This document shows, one piece after another, positions 59,795 through 64,000 of a stretch of DNA of 64,000 bases. The DNA lies in assembly GCA_964016885.1 (NCBI GenBank), contig OZ024759.1, forward strand, positions 34,534,001 to 34,598,000, read 5' to 3'. Each line of letters opens with the position of its first letter. Position 1 is the first letter of the stretch. A program made the translations under genes and the position numbers. This DNA is from Eledone cirrhosa. Its lineage: Eukaryota. Below the pieces are notes generated by a model. That model saw only the letters and a program-made list of their open reading frames with translations, did no database searches and was not told where the DNA came from.

Positions 59795-60380
59795 GAAATG
59801 AATACGATACTATACAATACGACTGTGGTTGTTATGAAGCAGGAAGACGATGGTGGGGCTGGATACAAACATTTCGACCAATTCTTGGACAAAACCTAGT
59901 TGAATAGATCTTTTTGACAATCTCAATGTCTGTTGCTAGAAGCGGTTTACTTAGTGGTGTTCTTTGTGGAAAACATTCCCTTCTAGTTAAAAATGGAGAG
60001 ATTTTTCTCTATTGAATACTTATCTGTTCAATTGAGCACAACATGTACTATTTAAGTAGCATCTTAATGAAAGAAATAAGCTGGAATTACATTCATTCTT
60101 CGGTCCATCGTTCGTCCATTTGTATATGAAGATAGTCAAACAGTAAGCAAACAATGGCAGCTACGTGGAATAAAAACATCCTACAAGATTGTATAACAAT
60201 AGCAAATATTTTCACAAAAGCAGAAATTGTGAAAGAAAGTAGATCTTTTTTTCGAATTCGGAATACGGAATTTTTCATTAGGTCCCGAATAGCGTGGAAA
60301 CATCTGCGAATGGCTAAAGGTTAGGTTAGAACATAAATGTTGAAATAACGTAACCAGCTAGACGTAATGTAGCCTCTGCG

Positions 60381-60414
<34 letters not shown>

Positions 60415-60428
60415 CTCTCCCTCTCGCG

Positions 60429-60505
<77 letters not shown>

Positions 60506-60635
60506 TTTTGTCTCTCACTATCTCCTTTCCACTCTCTTACGTTCTCTCTATTTTTATCGTTTCCTACTTCAGACTTTAGTTCTACACTTTCTTTGGTATT
60601 CTGATTTCTACTTTCACCATATTTTCAGTGTTTTG

Positions 60636-60714
<79 letters not shown>

Positions 60715-61422
60715 AAAAAAGATGAAATCGAAAATGCAACTGAAGTCTTTTTTTTATATATATATTTATTGAAAAAACAACCTGAGTCCCCCCCCCCCCC
60801 ACCTTGTTTGAAGAACTTTGTAACGCGAACTGGCGCGAAATTTATTATACTTATTCACCAACCAACCAAATTACTTCTCTAAAAACCTGGCATTTCGAGC
60901 TACTTTTTTCCTTATACTTTCACTCGTGTAGGACACCTCGGTTATTTTTCATTTTGCTATATCTCCCTGAGTATTACGTAAAGGTTACACGTGTCTGTGG
61001 AATGCTTTGGTCACTTGCAAGTTAACTAATTTCCCGAGTAAGCTTTTCTATCGATCAAAAACTGGAACTCTCACCGTCGAAACCGACATAGGACCATTCA
61101 TTATCGTAACCGTTTTGAAAACATTCTAAATTTTAAAAGAAATTGCATTTTTCAGTGTAGAATTCGTTTTATCAGCTCCTACACAGAAATGCTTTTAAAA
61201 TTAATAGTTAAGGAGCTGAGATATTTCGTGTATAATTAGTGGGTTTATTACAAATAATGGAATTATATTAGCATCGCTTCTAAATTCTATGTTACCTCAT
61301 CACATTGAATTGAGGCACAAGGCCAGCAATTTGGGAGAAACGAGGAATAGGTAGAAATGTATAAATGTACAAAACCATCTCCTCCTCTCTCTCTCTCATA
61401 TATATATATGCATATCTCTCAC

Positions 61423-61486
<64 letters not shown>

Positions 61487-61631
61487 ATCAAGCGTTAAAC
61501 TAATATATTTATTAATTGTACTGTGTTGTCTGGTTTCTTTTTTGGGGGCTAGTTGGATTGATAGATAGATAGATAGATAGACAGAAAGATAGATGGAAAG
61601 AGAGATAGATACGGAAAGCGAAATGGCTGGC

Positions 61632-61666
<35 letters not shown>

Positions 61667-62088
61667 ACGGAACGATGCAAATAAGTAAAACAAGTGACAG
61701 ACGTAGTAAGATAATATAACTAGGTGTAACTTTCTTAGGATTTATTACGTTTCATGCCTGAGATTTTTGAGTAAATTTTGTTATTTCCAGCAGGTAGATA
61801 ATACACCTAGATAACTCCATGACTGCCCTTTTTTACTGTGTGCGCAGAAAATGTAACAAGTATCGATCCTGAAGCATTCATTGAATTATTTACCAATCAC
61901 GATCAATAAATAGCAGGTCTTCTGCCATACTTTCTGTTTGGCTGTCGAAGAATTATAAGATTTTTCTTTGGTTCTTTTCCAAAAAAATAGAAAGAAAGAA
62001 AATAGTGTTCGATCACATATTTCTACAGCCTTGCAAATATTTGAAATCAAAATCGGTATTCTCGGCACGGCAATGGTTCCAATGACTG

Positions 62089-62133
<45 letters not shown>

Positions 62134-62255
62134 ATAGATCACGTAATATAACAGTGATAGACTGCTGACGTCTGACACCCTCTTCCAAGAACCGGGAGTA
62201 GGTGGGGCTGCTTTTTATGTCTACTGCATATATACATATATACATATACATATAT

Positions 62256-62341
<86 letters not shown>

Positions 62342-62444
62342 CAGATTGAGATTACGTTTATCGGCAATACTTGCAGGAGTTTGTAGCTAACTTAGTAAAG
62401 TTACTATATGCTTTTATGTTAAGGCAATCAATAGCCATGATGTT

Positions 62445-62502
<58 letters not shown>

Positions 62503-62505
<3 letters not shown>

Positions 62506-62618
62506 CGGCCGGAGCTCAGCCGTCGAGGTCCTGACTCTTTTCCTATTACCCACTCTACTACCCTACGTATTGAATACTCCGGTGCGTTATGGTCCACCTG
62601 GTATTTTACCACATCCCC

Positions 62619-62622
<4 letters not shown>
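62503..62622 (+). mobile_element. Family A element, truncated at hammerhead stem III
   Basis: aacggccggagctcagccgtc...actctac...gtattgaat...atggtccacctgg; TA-flanked. Confidence 0.7.
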
Positions 62623-62658
<36 letters not shown>

Positions 62659-62693
62659 AGTATGTTTTGAAACAGTGAGCGAGTTTGAAATTT

Positions 62694-62784
62694 GAAATGT
62701 AAGCTTTCACCGTATTTTTGACTAAAGAAATTTTTAGCCTGATAGTAGGTTTTTAGTCAAAAATGCGGTGAAAGCTTATATTTC
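62694..62784. repeat. Imperfect ~35-bp inverted repeat ending in gaaagctta (possible hammerhead 3' half)
   Basis: 62694-62728 versus 62750-62784; lies between TA tracts. Confidence 0.6.
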
Positions 62785-62997
62785 TAATTATATATATTAT
62801 ATATATATATATATTATATATATATTATATATATATATATTATATATATATTAGGTATTAAATTAACAATGAAAATAATAAGAAAGTCAAGTTATTTTAC
62901 CTATACATTTCATTGTTTCACGATCGTTTCGGAGGGTTGATCATATTGACATATTGACTGATCTATAGCAGTGTTAAGCACCACATTGAAAAGGTAT

Positions 62998-63061
<64 letters not shown>

Positions 63062-63066
63062 CATGC

Positions 63067-63233
63067 TATTAAGTCTAAAACGTGAGTCTTGTTATTCTGA
63101 ATTTTCACAGCCTGATAACCCTGTGATAAACAGTCGAAACTCCAGAGTTACAACACACGGTATTTCACCTTAATAGAATGAATAATAAAACTCTACTTCG
63201 GTATTGAGTGCTCTTTTCTATCAGCCGTCAACC

Positions 63234-63235
<2 letters not shown>
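63067..63235 (+). mobile_element. Family B element
   Basis: ctgataa-ccctgtgataaacagtc-gaaa-ctccagagtt at 63112-63149; diverged inverted arm at 63067-63106; UUCG hairpin at 63190-63209. Confidence 0.65.
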
Positions 63236-63298
<63 letters not shown>

Positions 63299-63714
63299 GG
63301 TATAAGTATCGTAAGAGAGGAGGAAGCAGTGAGGTACAGCGAAATGCGATACAGATTACTAAATGCCAATAGCCTAAGCATGGTGCCAATAGCCGAAGCA
63401 TGGTGTGCTCAATGCTTGGGTTAGCAGAGTTAAATATATATATATATAAATATCTTATTTTAACGGCTTGTAACTCCTTCATTCATTCATTTACTTATAT
63501 ATATATTTCCTTCCCTCCCTCCTCCGTTTTCCCAATAACTTAGCCAGTTATTGACGCCCTGGGCGGTAGATATATTGTCTTTAAACCGTGGAAATATCCG
63601 AGACCCCCAGTAGACAACTGATGAGGAAAACTCCCCCCGTTCTTGCTTTCTTCTTATTGACACTCCATTTTAAGCTACCTTAACTAGCAACTACACAGCT
63701 AATCATATTCTCCA

Positions 63715-63754
<40 letters not shown>

Positions 63755-63797
63755 TTTTTTTTTTATTTTTTTTTACATTTTTTTGTTTACCTTTCGA

Positions 63798-63861
63798 ATA
63801 CCTGATGATATCACCGGATTTATACGGAACCCGGTCATTGAGATGATTATAGTATAATAAA
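63798..63861 (+). ncRNA. Degenerate type-I hammerhead motif
   Basis: Stem I atac/gtat; CTGATGA at 63802-08; stem II accgg/ccggt; GAGA in place of GAAA at 63840-43; near-palindromic stem III; AATAAA at 63856-61. Confidence 0.55.
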
Positions 63862-63898
63862 CTTTTCAAGGATTTATACCAGTCCAGCCTCCTGTTAT

Positions 63899-63945
<47 letters not shown>

Positions 63946-64000
63946 ATTCAAAGTCCATATTTCTAGTTCTTCTCTGCAAAGAGTTTAGCTGCCTTTGAAA

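Noticed and set aside
63585-63640. ctgatgaggaaaactc hammerhead-like word
   Set aside because: I could not build stems I to III consistently.

Overview
AT-rich eukaryotic (metazoan) non-genic DNA. The SINE and LINE fragments resemble sequences I recall from Octopus; this is an inference, not a database result. I cannot support any intact host gene: nearly every listed ORF is a translation of (TA)n, (CT)n, (GGT)n or minisatellite DNA. The window holds microsatellites (including a ~2.8 kb TA tract), at least nine minisatellites, several tRNA-derived SINE families, dead LINE 3' ends (RTE-type, and an R4/Dong-type RLE domain) and mariner/Tc1-type MITEs. The main signal is a set of short elements, mostly at (TA)n tracts, from about five families with little sequence similarity. 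They share whole or partial type-I hammerhead ribozyme folds and 5' fold-back inversions, several centred on ribozyme stems. Four of the families also share a bulged 3' hairpin (RCTC-TAC-loop-GTA-TY-GAGY) with a compensatory pair. They are most simply read as Penelope-like terminal repeats. A second theme is minisatellites whose units carry regulatory motifs (NRF1, ETS, HSE, CRE, Pol III B-box) or transposon ends. All folds and alignments were done by eye.
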